Shown here piece by piece: positions 24,275 to 36,988 of a stretch of 64,000 nucleotides of DNA (position 1 is its first letter; each line of letters begins with the position of its first letter). A program made the position numbers and the translations under genes. The DNA comes from Callorhinchus milii (taxonomy: Eukaryota). The notes beneath the pieces are model-generated. The model saw only the letters and a program-made list of their open reading frames with translations. It did not search any database and was not told where the DNA came from. The DNA is taken from the NCBI RefSeq assembly GCF_018977255.1, contig NW_024704743.1, positions 29,700,001-29,764,000 of the forward strand. The letters are read 5' to 3'.

Positions 24275-25075
24275 AATAGGATTTGAGTGGAGGGCGGGGA
24301 GTATAGGGGTAGGTTAAAGGAGGGGTCGAAGAGGAGGATCGTGAGACGGGCCTTGAAAGAGGCAAAGGAGGGAGCAAGCCGAAGGGACTGTGGGATGGAG
24401 CTCCAAAGGGTGGGGGCGAAGAGGCTGAAGGCCCGACCACCAATGGTGGAGGACTTGGAGCAGGCCGGAGCCTGCTGAGAGGAGGGAGCTGACAGGGTGA
24501 TATGGTGATAGTAGGTCACAGAGGTAGGGAGGAGCAAGGCCATGGAAGGGCTTGAAAGTATAGACGAGGATTTGGGTAGAAAGGAGAGTTGTGGGTTAAA
24601 CGAGATGCCAAGGTTCTGGACTGGCTCAGTAAGGTGGAGTGTGCATCCATGGATGATGATATGTCAGTACCCAAGATGTGGAGGCACTGATCGAAGCCCA
24701 TCAAAAGGGTTGGTCTTGTTGACATTCAACTAGAGAAAGTTAGCTCTCATCCAGGACTTGATATCTGACAAATATTCCGTCAGGAGGTCCTGGAGTCGAG
24801 GATGAAGGCAGAGAGATAGAGTTGGGTGTCATCTGCATATATGTGGAAGTTGACTCCATGTCTGTGGATGTCACCAAGAGGAAGTATGTACAAGTTGAAG
24901 AGGAGAGGACTGAGGACAGAGCCCTGAGGAGCGCTGCATGTGACGGTGCAGGGGTTGGAGGAGAAGCCATTCGTGGAGACAAAATGGAGATGGTGAGAAA
25001 GGTAAGATTTCAACCAGGTAGGGACAGGATCATGAAGATTGAGCTGAGAGGAGAGGTGGTGGAGGAGGATGGAAT
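24275..25075 (-). mobile_element. L2 LINE, truncated and internally deleted
   Basis: ORF 24780-25013: [11 protein letters not shown]...[11 protein letters not shown] 24268-24543: GGRAFSLFAPTLWSSIP. Confidence 0.9.
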
Positions 25076-25229
25076 ATGAATATGTATTTACATTTATATA
25101 GCGCTATTCTCATCAGTAGGAAGTACCGAGGCACAGGGATGTTAACAGATGTTAATTGTGATAAATAATAAAATTACTGTATTGCCACAATACATACTTG
25201 CTAGAGTTGCAACCTCCTCCTTGTTGGCA

Positions 25230-25765
25230 GTCTCATTGGAACTGAACTGGCTCCAAGGTGACATGCTTGGCAACAGAATGTCAGAATCCAGCCTGCCCTC
25301 TATGGTGTTTAGAGTAGTCCAGATCCTGAGCCAAGTGGGTTTGCGGTATTCCAGGGCACTGCTGATGACAGACCAGTCAGTCTGACTCAATTGCAGGACT
25401 TGGAAGGACAGACCAGTCACAGGGGGCTCATTCCATTTAGCTCTTGCTATCCTTGCAAATCAAAGCCCTACAACTAGGTTGGTCCGAGTTGGCCAAGCAG
25501 TGGCTCAATGACAAGCTATCTGTTTTTAGCTGGTTAAACAGCAATACCCAAATGCACACTCTGGGATCCCCAAGCTTTGGCTCTTGCCAACTTATGATAA
25601 TACTCTCCATATTTAGCTAAGATGGCTGTTTTCCTCCAGCAAAAGTGTTTGGTACATTTCTAGACACAGAGAAATTTCCATGGAATGCATACGTCGAACT
25701 TTCCGTCCAATTTTGATAGTCTTACGCATGGTGATGGGTTTGCACATGTGTCAGATACCAGCAGA
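25230..25765. repeat. Family X repeat, copy 2 (same orientation as copy 1)
   Basis: ctccaaggtgac...gagccaagtgggt...cagggcactgctgatgacag...ctctgggatccccaagc...gcatggtgatgggtttgcacatgtgtcagatacc. Confidence 0.8.
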
Positions 25766-26177
25766 TGAAAAAAAAGCTGTTATTATTTGTAAGATATGTC
25801 TCAATCAAACTGCAGTAATAGCAAGACACATGCTATTAACTACATTGTTTTCTCTATACCTGTGCTCTGAATTTGTGTGCTGACTTTGCGTCAGTGACAA
25901 AATAGCAAACTTGGCATTGGTCCTTGTAGAAATGCTGTTAAAGCCAAGGTGTCTTTTCAAACATACAAATAGCTTTGTGGTAAACACTTACTGCAGACTT
26001 AGAACATCACCCGGGCAATTATTATGGTGGAGGATCCAATTACTACAAGTATTCAAATTGCAGTATTATGAAATCTGTGATATTACACAAGAGAACTGAG
26101 GCCTGCAACATGAACACAAGTGCAAATGCCTCAATACCCATTTGCAGCCAGAATAGATTTGCCTGACTGGCAGGAAA

Positions 26178-26540
26178 ACAACAACAATTTGCATTTATAT
26201 ACCACCCCTCACACAGAGTAGAGTCCCAGAGTGCTTGACAGTGGTGGAACATGACACCCTGCCAGGGGAAGGGGAGGACACCATAGGCATGGTCGAAGAG
26301 GAAGGTTTTCAGGTGCGACCTGAAGATGGAGAGGAAGGGGCAAGGCGGAGGGATAGAGGAAGAGTGTTCCAGAGTTTCGGGGCAGAGTGGCTGAAAGCTG
26401 ACCACCGATTGTGTAACAAAGGGCACGAGGGACAAGCAGGACGCCAGAGCCAGTCGAGCAGAGGCAGCAAGTTGTGGGTTGGGGAGTAAGAAGGTCGGAG
26501 AGGTAGGGAAGTGCCAGGGCATGAACGGAAATAGGACCAA
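26178..26540 (-). mobile_element. L2 LINE 3' end (subfamily B-like)
   Basis: Minus ORFs AFSHSAPKLWNTLP and FRSHLKTFLFD; tail caacaacaatttgcatttatatacc. Confidence 0.85.
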
Positions 26541-26943
26541 GTGTCCTTGGACAGGGAGAATTCAGGACAAGAAAGACACAGCATAAGCAGTATAAATTTC
26601 TTAGGTGTGGTCAAAGCACCACTGCACTAAAATATGGAACCTCAACCGATTACACATGATTTGTACTAAATAATCACACCATATTTGGTGGGGCTCCTCT
26701 ATCATTTCAGCTGTTCTTTCCATGGCTGTAAAGGACAATTCTAAATGTCTTTGCCACATGTCTTTTTCTGCCACTGGTGGTTCTGATCTTGCATTCATGT
26801 CAGATTAGGGACCACTTCATGGAACAGGACTTAGCTGAATTTGATATCCATTAACCGTATGCTATGTTTGCTTCATAGAATCTCACTCAGTGAAATATCA
26901 TCTCTAATGCTATCTATGTATATCTCCTAATGCTGCATCACGT

Positions 26944-27376
26944 AACAATAATAATCCTTGCATTTGATATAGGGCATTATCATGTTGGTGATACGTCTCA
27001 AAGCGCTTCACAGAATATATTGTAAATTGGCGTGACCGTGTATTGAACAGCTCCGGGATGCTACCCTGTGTGAAGGGCGCTATATAAATGCAAGTTGTTG
27101 TACTTTGTGGGCGAAATGTGGCAGCCAATTGCACACAACAGTGTCCCATAAACAATCATTGATTGAGTGACCACATTTTTTTTGTTGAGGGAAATATTAC
27201 CTCCAGAAAGCAATCTGGCAACTGACAAACAACTGGGTTCCTACTTATTGGTAGGTAAACCGAGTCATGGGGATTAAGGGAATTTTGCCTTAGGCTTCAC
27301 CTCACCTGGAAGTCAAACCCTGGTCCCCTTGATTGTGAGGCAAGCGTGCTAACCACTCTCCAATGGGATCCCACAT
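26944..27376 (-). mobile_element. tRNA-Ala-type Deu SINE, long form, interrupted by a 54-bp L2 tail insertion at 27045-27098
   Basis: SINE tail at 26944, Deu block 27105-27170, ctgggttcctacttattggtaggtaaac, head remnant gcgtgctaaccact. Confidence 0.85.
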
Positions 27377-27519
27377 AACAAAACTGATCAATCCCTTATC
27401 AGTTTTAACAATGATTTGGTATAACAACCACTTGCATTTATATAGCACCCTTCATGCGGGCTAGAGTCTCAGAGCTCCAGTACCATTTGTAGCTGTAATT
27501 AATTTGTCTGAGGAGGAGA

Positions 27520-28165
27520 TTTCCTCCTTTCCCTCTTTTCACTCCTTCCTCTCCCGCCACTCCCATCACAAACCCCTCTAATCGGATTTCCGTGCCGCCC
27601 ACAGCAGAGAAACAGTTTTGGACATTTTGTCCATCTGCGACCAGGGCTCCCTCTGCCTCCTCGTCCTCCTTGAACTCTCTGCTGCCTTCAATACTGTTGC
27701 CCACTCTATCCTCCTCCACATCTCTTCTCACCTCAACTTTCATGGTTCAGTCCTTGAATGGTTCAGATCCTAGTCTCACACTGCCTCCAATTCATCTCCA
27801 CAAACAGTTTCTCCTCTAGCCCCCACACTGTCTCATGTGGTGTTCCTCAGGGCTCTGTCCTTGGTCTTCTCCTCTTCAACATCTATATCCTCTGTCTTGG
27901 TGACATCATCCGCAAACATGGGGTCAACTTCCACATGTATGCAGATCACATGTATCTCGTTGCCTCCACCCTCGACTCCAGGATCACTGCTGTCCTGACA
28001 TAACGTTTGTCAGACATCAAGTTCTGGATCAGAGCTAATCTTCTACAGTTGAACATCAACAAGACCGAGGCCCTCCTGATTGGCTCCCGTCAGTGCCTCT
28101 ACACCTCAGGCGCTGACAGCATCACCATCCATGGATGCACACTCCACCCTACTAAGCCAGTCCCC
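27520..28165 (+). mobile_element. L2 ORF2 RT fragment
   Basis: [35 protein letters not shown]. Confidence 0.9.
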
Positions 28166-28499
28166 AGGAATGGGGATAAGTTGGGGAGATAGGATTGAAG
28201 TAATATCCTTGCTCTGTGATCCAATGCAGGTTTGCCAAATGCCTCCTTCTGCACTGTAGATTTCCATGTTTCCATGGAACTACTCACTATCTTCCTTCCC
28301 TACCTCCAATTCTCAACAAGTATTTTGGCATCACACCTATTTTAATTTAGCTTGTCATTCTTCCCAACTCCTTACAACATTGGATTTGGCTAAGTTTCCA
28401 ATGGAACAAAAAATGGTTAAGTTCACTCTGTGGAAAACATCCTTAATTGCAATGAAATAAGCACTAAATATTTGACTGTTAGTAAATGTCACATGTACC

Positions 28500-28802
28500 T
28501 GCACCATGTCCCTGGTCCAACCCGACCCACCATCGGCGGTTGGGTCTTCAGCCTCTCTGCCCCCATTCTTTGGAACTGCATCCCGCAGTTCCTTCGCCTT
28601 GCTCCTTTACTTGCCTCTTCCAAAACACGTCTCGAGATCCTCCTCTTTGATCGTGTCTTTGGTCAGCCTCCTACCCCTACCCTCCCCACCCTCCACCCCT
28701 GCTAATCCCAACTCACTGCTCGGGTCCAAATCCCTGACTGTCCAGTGCCTTGGGACGTCCTCCTGATGTGAAAGGGGCTATACAAATGTAATTTGTTGTT
28801 GT
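28500..28802 (+). mobile_element. L2 3' end (subfamily A)
   Basis: TIGGWVFSLSAPILWN; gccttgggacgtcctcctgatgtgaaagg...ttgttgttg. Confidence 0.85.
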
Positions 28803-29217
28803 ATCATACTACTCTTTGGAACTCGCTCTCTAAATCCTTTCACCTGATCTCATCTCTGTCTGTCTTCAATAGCCTCTTAAAAACCTAGCCCTTCAACCAC
28901 GATTTGAAAGGAATTAAATATCAAATATAAGGAAAAAAATGGAAAATGTCTACAGTCACTTGCCTCTTTCACCAACCTCCCCGCTCTGTACCATCTCTGT
29001 AAAGCAAGATGTTACCCCACATAACAGGTACTATATGAATGCAAGTTTATTGTTTTTGCTGGTGTTCTAACTCAATGAGAATTTAATCAGTATTTCATGA
29101 GAATTGGAAAACAATTTGTGAAAATGGTGCAGATGTGAATCACCACTTTTCCGTGATTATTATTGCTGCTAATAATGATCATATCACATTGCACATTTCA
29201 CCAATTTCTCTTGCAGA

Positions 29218-29680
29218 AACAACAACAAGATTCCATTTATTGAGCGCCTTTCACGTCGGGAGGACGTCCCAAGGCTCTGTACAGTTGGGTCAGGACCCGA
29301 GCAGGGGGGAAATGGTCAGGGGGAGGGAAGGGAGGGAGCGAGGAGAGGGTAGAGAGTCGAGAGGGGAGCTGAAGGCACGGTCAAAGAGAAAGGTCTTGAG
29401 ACCGGCCTTGAAGGAGGAAAGGGAGGAAGCAAGGCGAAGGCTCTGGGAGATAGAGTTCCAGAGCCTAGGGGCTGAGAGGCTGAAGGCCCGGACACCGATG
29501 GTAGGGCGGTTGGGGCGGGGGATGTGGAGCAGACCGGAGCCAGAGGAACGGAGGGTACGGGCAGGTAGGTAGGGGGATAGTAGGTCGGAGAGGTAGGAGG
29601 GAGCAAGGCCGTGAATGGCCTTGTAGGTGAGGGTGAGGATCTTGAATTCGATCCTCTGGGGGATGGGGATGGGGAGCCAG
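29218..29680 (-). mobile_element. L2 3' end (subfamily A, young)
   Basis: Near-identical to the reverse complement of 33835-34290. Confidence 0.95.
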
Positions 29681-30389
29681 TTTTCAACGCTGCCATGATA
29701 TTGCTTTCCGCATATGTCACTGTGAGTCTATCGTTGCCAATTTCTGTATTATTTAGCTCCTGATAAGTTGAGTCATGACTCATGAGCAATCATAATATTG
29801 CGCATGAGTACAATATCTCAAAGCCTGAGCCCTGGAGAGTGACCAACACATCTTTTTATCGAGTTCTAGAGTTCTAAAATGGCTAACACATTTACCAGAG
29901 AAGAACAGGCCATTGATAAACTAGGCACACTTGCCATTGTCTACAGCTACCTTTTCCATTGAATAACTAATAGTTGTTTTATTTTCTGTTTCAAACCACA
30001 AAATAATACAAGCAGTAGTGCGTATAATGAGATATGTTGGTTTCACACAGAGCATGACACGATTTATTCTTAACAAAAGGAAGCAATACTATGACAGTGA
30101 CATGTATTTCTATTGATTTGCAAACCAGTTTTCCAACCAAAGTCCCTTTAATGTCTATGAAAAATAAATATTGTACCAGACATGTTAAATGACTGAGGTA
30201 GGTGCTATATTATAATCAAATAGCTGATTTATGTGTACAGTAAAGACCGTTTATCTCAGCACTTCCAGTCAAGTCATCATCAGAGATGAAAATATATTAA
30301 ATTCTCCCTTCCTCCCGAACAAAACTTTTTTTTGAATGCTCATTGTATTTTGTCCTAATTGAGACAATCATATAAAATGTCAAAACACA

Positions 30390-30770
30390 CATCAACAAAA
30401 AATTGCATTTATATAGTGCTATTCATGATGGAAGGACATCCCAAGATGCTGGACAGTTTGGGGCTTGCACCTGAACTGAACTGGGGGTTGGATTCGGGGA
30501 TGAGGAGCCAAGGAGGAGTTGGGGGTGGTGGTGTGAAGATGACTGAGACGCGGGCTTTACTGTTTTGAGACAGATCTTGAAGGAGGTGAGGGAAGCAGTG
30601 AGGTGAAGGGACTCTAGGATGGAGTTCCTGAGGGTGGGGCAGAGAGGCTGAAGGCCCCCATCTTTGATGGTGTGGCAGGCAGGAAGGGGACATTAAGCAA
30701 GCCAATGCTTGCCAAACGAAGGGAGCAGGTGGGTTGGTAGAGTGAAGCCAGGCAAGGATGGGGGTGAAAG
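30390..30770 (-). mobile_element. Decayed L2 3' end
   Basis: ttgcatttatatagtgc...ggacatcccaagatgctggacag...gatggagttcctgagggtggggcagag. Confidence 0.8.
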
Positions 30771-31929
30771 GCTTGCAGAGCCTAGTGTGGGAAACATTTT
30801 ATAAATGAGAAACAAATTCTATAAACGTAATTTCTCTCTTCCGTGTACAAAAGGTTAGATTGCAGAACGACACACAAATGCAATCTTCACACATCATAGT
30901 AAATAAGGCTGATTATTCAAACAAATGGTTAAATATCAATCACTACCTGCAGCTCTTGGCATGATGAGTTCTGTCTGTGTCTCTTGTAGCTGAACAGTGT
31001 CCAGAAAGTGCACCAAAGGTAGGTTAAAAGGCAAAGGATGTTATCTATCCAGACTGATTTTGCTTTACGAAAAAACTCCATTTCTGGTCATGTGCATGTT
31101 ATGCATACGTATACTGTAAAATTCTTATTTTTGCCCAATTCAGAAAGAATCATGTAGCTTTAATGAAGCACGATTGTACAAGTCCTTCTGAAAAGTCACA
31201 AGGCTTCACGCTGTCAGACTTTGCCAGGAACCAGACCTAAAAGGAGAAAATACACATTGGCTCCTGTGACAAGTCTGAAACAGGTGCTGAGAAATACGCT
31301 GCGTATAGCAATTGTAGAGATATCGCTTTGACATGTTAGCACCAAGCACGCGGATGTACTCTAACACCATGCGACAAGTAACAAAACCTATGCTATGCAG
31401 AGACTGTTCCAAGGAAAGACCAAAGGGGAAGGGGTGATCTTCTTTTCCAATTTTCTCTCTTCCTCAACATGCTTACTCTTTTTTTCCTTTAATTTGGGGG
31501 GCCCTGCAGATGAACCTCCAATACATCACCTTCATAATCACTTTTGATGAGGGAGAGGTTGGAAGGAATTTCTTAGCTCAGTGGATTGTTCAATACTTCG
31601 AATGTCTACCAGGACTGGATGACATCAGCATCATTTATTCCACCTACAATTTTCCAGGATGTGTATAGCCCAGTTCTGCATCATGCATGCCTTTACTCAC
31701 CAGGTCATCAGAGGAGCTGCAGCAAGTCGTGGAGGATTCCTTATTCCTAATAGGGGCTGAGTTGCCATTCACAGGAGCCAACATGTATTTTTTCCTTTTA
31801 AGTTCACCTCTTGGGAAAGTTTGACCGCAGCAAGTCTTTTGAGTTATCTGAGGGGTTTGTACATATGTGCTTCAGTCCACCCCAATCCTCATCAGGCTCG
31901 ACTTCACACAACTAATACTGACCTGCTGT

Positions 31930-32192
31930 GCAGTCAATGATCCCTCTGCGCCACCATTGGTGTCCAAGTCTTCAGCCTCCACACCCTAACTTCTGGAACT
32001 CTCTACCTCAATCCATTTGCCTTGGCCCTCTTTACCTACCTTTAAATCCTACCTGAAAATCTATGGCTTCAACGGTACCAATGGTCACCTCCCCAATCCT
32101 CTTCTTCCTTGCTTTACATCCTACCCTACCACCGTACAATACTCCAACGTTATCCTACGTGACGGGCATTATATAAATGCAAGATGTTATTA
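31930..32192 (+). mobile_element. Decayed L2 3' end (subfamily B-like)
   Basis: ccaccattggtg...ttctggaactctctacc...cgtgacgggcattatataaatgcaag. Confidence 0.75.
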
Positions 32193-32219
32193 TATAGTTG
32201 GTATATATGTTGTTATCTA

Positions 32220-32645
32220 TGTCAGTCTGGCTCAGTGGTAGCACTCTCGCCACTGAGTTAGAAGGTTGTGGGTTCAAACGCTGCATTGGGATTTGGAATC
32301 ACATAGTCTAAGCTGGCACTCCAATGCAGTTCTGGGGTGTGCCGCATTGTCAGAAATACCGTCCTTTGGACGTTAAGCCTGCCTGTTCAGGTGGATTAAA
32401 GATCCCATGACACTATTCAGAAAGGAAAAGGAGTTTCTCCCAGTGTCCAGGCCAACAATACTCCAAATAAAATTGGTCGCTCGCTCCATTGCTCTTTGTG
32501 GGACATTGTTCTGTGCAAACTGGATGCCTCATTCACCCACAAAACACTCAGGCAATTCACTTTATAGTATATCCTGTAATGTGCTTTGAGATATCTCAAC
32601 GACGTGATAAGGAGCTATATCAAAGCCAAGGATTATTATTATTAT
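32220..32645 (+). mobile_element. SacSINE1-like Deu SINE, full length
   Basis: tggctcagtggtagcactctcgccactgagttagaaggttgtgggttcaa; ctgcctgttcaggtgga; tttgtgggacattg; (ATT)n. Confidence 0.9.
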
Positions 32646-33041
32646 TTACTGTGCACTCTTCATTATGATGACAAGGGGTTACTTAGGTGAAGTTATGTGA
32701 ACAAATGTGGTAAGTAATATAAAGAGATGTGATAGAAAAAGTGTTAACAAAAGTGGGATAGAACCCGGAAAACTGTTTTAGGAGATGCAGTAGGTATAAT
32801 TGATCACTAAATTACAGCTTTGAAAATCTCAAACAGGTATTTTGTTAGTATTCCCAAGATGATGCTGTTGATGCAAACATACTTGTCGAGGATCAGGATA
32901 TGTATGCCACCTACACATTGAAATGTCCCTGTGTCTGGAATGGAGTGCATACTCTCTCCAAGAAGGACACACTCTCCCCCTGACATGAAAGGCACTATAC
33001 AAATGTAATTTGTTGATGTGATATATTATATACCGATGTGA

Positions 33042-34298
33042 TTCGATACAGTCGACCATGCTATCCTCCTCCACCGCTTGTCCTCCCACCTCAACCTTCA
33101 ACGCCCTGTCCTTGAGTGGTTTAGGTCGAACCTCTCCCACCGACTTCACTTTGTTTCCACGAATGGCTTTTCCTCCGGCCCCCGCACTGTGTTGTGCGGT
33201 GCCCCTCAGGACTCTGTCCTCGGTCCCCTCCTCTTCACCCTCTATATGTTCCCCCTTCGTGACATCATCCGCAGACATGGGGTTAACTTCCACATGTATG
33301 CGGATGACACCCAACTCTACCTTTCCTCCTCTACCCTCAACTCCACGACCACCGATGTCCTGACAGCCTGCCTGTCCGACATCGAGTCCTGGATGAGAGA
33401 TAACTTTCTTCAGCTCAACGTGCGTAAAACTGAGGCCCTCCTGATTGGCTCACGTCAGCGCCTCCGCACCTCAGGCGCTGACAGCATCAGCATCCAAGGC
33501 TGCACTCTCCACCTCTCAAAGCCAGTCAGGAACCTCGGGGTTCTGTTCGACCCTGAGCTGTAATTTCTCCCTCATATCCGCGCCACAACTGGCACCACCT
33601 TCCATCACCTCCGGAATATCGCCAGACTACGGCACTACCTCGCCCCTCACGCTGCTGAAACTCTGGTCCACGCCTTTATCACCTCAAGGCTGGACTATGG
33701 GAACTCTCTCCTCACCGGCCTTCCCGGCACCTCCCTCCACAAGCTGCAGGTCATTCAGAACTCTGCAGCTCGTGTACTGTCCCGCACCAGTGCTTCGCGA
33801 CCACATCACTCCCACCCTCACTCGCCTCCACTGGCTCCCCATCCCCCAGAGGATTGAATTCAAGATCCTCATCCTCACCTACAAGGCCATTCACGGCCTT
33901 GCTCCCTCCTACCTCTCTGACCTACTATCCCCCTACTACCTGCCCGTATCCTCCGTTCCTCTGGCTCCGGTCTGCTCCACATCCTCTGCCCCAATCGCCC
34001 TACCATCAGTGGCCGGGCCTTCAGCCTCTCAGCCCCTAGGCTCTGGAACTCTATCCCCCAGTGCCTTCGCCGCCTCCTCCCTTTCCTCCTTCAAGGCCGG
34101 TCTCAAGACCTTTCTCTTTGACTGTGCCTTCAGCTCCCCTCTCGACTCTCTACCCCCTCCTCGCTCCCTCCCTTCCCTCCCCTCACACTGACCATTTCCC
34201 CCCTGTTCGGGTCCTGACTCAACTGTACAGCGCCTTGGGACGTCCTCCCGACGTGAAAGGCTCTCCATAAATGGAATCTTGTTGTTGTTATTGTTATT
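33042..34298 (+). mobile_element. L2 LINE, 5'-truncated (~1.25 kb), subfamily A, young
   Basis: FDTVDHAIL at start; ORF 33078-33563 [34 protein letters not shown]; stem-loop gggacgtcctcccgacgtgaaagg; (GTT) tail. Confidence 0.95.
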
Positions 34299-34473
34299 GA
34301 TGTGAGCTACAACAGTGAAGGCCATGATTCGTGTCAGCTAGCGTACACCGTTTCTCACCGTGTAACTCTGTTATACTCTTCAGCAGACACACACCCTGGT
34401 GATAGCCCAAATGTGCACAACAGCCACGTGTGTGTGAGGTACAGCAGGAGATAGTAGTGCCCTAGCACGTGTT

Positions 34474-34778
34474 ATAATAATAATCCTTGTACTTGGTATA
34501 GTGCTTTTCATGCCTTTGCAATGTCTCAAAGCGCTTCACAGAATATACTGTGAAGTGAATTGACTGTATATTTGTGGGCGAAATGTGGTAGCCAATCGCA
34601 CACTGCAGTGTCCAACAAACAGTCGTGGATTGAGTGACCAAATTAATATTGTTTTTTTTTCTTGAGGGATTATTATCAGGCGTGTGGAGTAAGGAAACTT
34701 GCCCAAGGTTTCGCCCTGCCGGGAAGGGAACCGTCTCTCACTTGCGAGGCGAGCGCGCTAACCACTGAGCTACTGGAC
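34474..34778 (-). mobile_element. tRNA-Ala-derived Deu SINE, short form
   Basis: Tail at 34474; gtggagtaaggaaacttgcccaagg; head ctaaccactgagctac. Confidence 0.9.
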
Positions 34779-35059
34779 TGCATGAGTGTTCAGGAGAGAA
34801 AGGGACAAACTGTCAAACTACTGTCTTAACTGTGAGTCACTAGTACTGTCCATATCAAAATGTTACCATTATTTCCTTCACATCTCAAAGCAGATTCTCA
34901 TGTGGGCTCTTAACAATACCAACTCCTGGAAAGCTTTCCCACAGTAACAGCATCTTTCAGAATGTTTGTGAATTTTCTTCCACTGGGACTGAGCAAAACT
35001 ATACCAATATTTGGCACATATACAGTCTATCTGGTGTGTGACTGCTGTTATCTCTGATC

Positions 35060-35204
35060 AGCTCTGGTCAGCCGGATGTCTGACACATGCAGAAACCAAT
35101 CAACATGCTTAAGAGTTTCCAAACTCTGAGATGCATCCCACTTCCACATGGAAATCCCGGAGATAGACTGTTGCAATGTAAAGGTCACTTTCTCCCTTAA
35201 GGGA
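35060..35204. repeat. Family X repeat, terminal ~140 bp, inverted relative to copy 1
   Basis: ggtcagccggatgtctgacacatgcagaaaccaatcaacatgcttaagag...gatgcatccca...ggagatagactgttg is the reverse complement of 2720-2868. Confidence 0.75.
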
Positions 35205-35209
35205 CTCAT

Positions 35210-35470
35210 CCTGCATCGCTGGTGTACCTTGAACTCACCTGACGTTGTAAAACTCTTTCAACATTAGCACATTTATAGACTCTCTCCTGTGTATGATCGC
35301 TGGGGTACATCGAGCTCCCCTGATGTTGTGTAACTCTTTCCTCATTCAACACATTTATACGTCTCTTTCCTGTGTGTGATCTGCGGTGTCTCTGGGGGCC
35401 CACTGAACAAGTGAAACTCTTTCCACATTCAACACATTTGTACGTTCTTTCCTGTGTGTGATTGCTGGGT
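35210..35470 (-). pseudogene. Decayed tandem C2H2 (Kruppel-type) zinc-finger array, about 3 fingers
   Basis: ~82-83-bp periodicity (acattt at 35269, 35351, 35434); one intact finger YKCVECGKSFTCSVGPQRHRRSHTG (C-x2-C-x12-H-x3-H); flanking fingers have frameshifts and a stop. Confidence 0.85.
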
Positions 35471-36579
35471 GAAGCCCGTAAATAACTTCATGATCTTATA
35501 ATGAATAAAATATTGAGAGCTGTATAAGCCATCAAGCTAACTAACCAAAAACCTTGAAATGATCCATATTCAGAGGAATTAATATGTGCCCAGATTTGCC
35601 AATAGGTTCTCATTCACACACTGGGGCTCAGTCAGAATGTACAACAGTGACCAAAAAAGAAAATTTAGTAAAGAAAAATAATCTGATAGGATTTGCATTT
35701 AAGATCTTGAGTAGCAATTAGCACAATCGCATCCAAACATTGGTATGACTGAATAAATTGCTTAGCAAATAAATAGTCACAACATTTCTTAAGGGACACA
35801 AACAATGGCTCGAACATATTAACATGGAAAAGGTCAGCCTAAAGTGCAATGTCACTGAAGAACTTGACTGGCACTGAGGACATGAGATAAGTTTCATTCG
35901 TGAGACTGTGTGTTCAAAAACTAAATGAAAATTTGGAGCTAAACTCAGTTTTCCCATCCCATTGAGAACTGGATGAGAATATAATATTTTTGTAATTTAA
36001 CTTTGTCTTTTATTTGCATTGATTTCATGGAAGGTCATTTGTCACAGAAATTACAGCACAAAAAGAGGCCATTTGGATCATTGAATCTATGCTAGTACCA
36101 TTTTAGTCACTGGAGCAAACCACACTGAGGCCAATTCCCTGTTCTTCCCACTAAATAAATAAATAAATCATAGCTTAATCGACCTTTTTATGATCTGCAA
36201 AACTTGGAAGAAGTAATGGCTTCAGCTGAGAACAATGTTTTTTTCTTTTCTGCTACCTGCCATAATACTCCCTTGTGCAAAGTGATTCTTCGGCTATTGC
36301 TTAATTTGATCCATCTTGCCACAAGCCATCATATAGACAGAGTACTCTAGATTGGTTTATTTGTTCTTAAAATTTCAATTTCCCCATGTTATCTCCTATT
36401 GCTATTCCCCAGGAGTTCTGAACCTCTCCTGAGACCTCAGTTTCTCCCTTTCATCTCTTTCCTGCATAAAATGTTATATCCTGTAAAGGTAAATAGGAAC
36501 TGGACAATTCCCCTAAAAGCATGGCAATGCAATCTTATCAACTATTCAGGGATTTGTTTTTTTCCCCCCACACCCCCAA

Positions 36580-36850
36580 TGGTGTCACTTGGCTCAGTTT
36601 GTAGCACTCTTATTTCTGAGTCAGAAGATTGTGGTATTAACCCCATGTTGGATCTTTGAGCTCATAGTCTATGCTAACACTCCAATACAGTGCTGGGGAT
36701 GTGCTACATTGTTAGAAGTGCCGTCCTTTGGATAAAATGTTAAACCCAGGTCGCATCTGCTTGTTCAAGTGGTTTTTAAAGATCCCATGGCGTGGTTCAA
36801 AAGAGAAGATGGATTTTTCCCACTGTCCTGATCAACTCAGATAAAATCTG
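36580..36850 (+). mobile_element. SacSINE1-like Deu SINE 5' portion
   Basis: cttggctcagtttgtagcactc...ctgagtcagaagattgtgg...aaagatcccatggc. Confidence 0.8.
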
Positions 36851-36988
36851 TTCAATGGTTCATATGAAAAAGCAACAGGAGATAACACGGGGGGAAATGG
36901 AAATTTTTACCAGTAAATGATTCTAGAGTGCTCAAGCCTTATTTTTAAATGTTTTATCATTGAAATAGTTTTGTAAGTATATGTCAGT

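Noticed and set aside
31430..31930. Faint similarity among 18795-18870, 31430-31930, 42940-43030 and 51580-51650 to an ancient repeat
   Set aside because: Too diverged to align convincingly by eye; needs an HMM search
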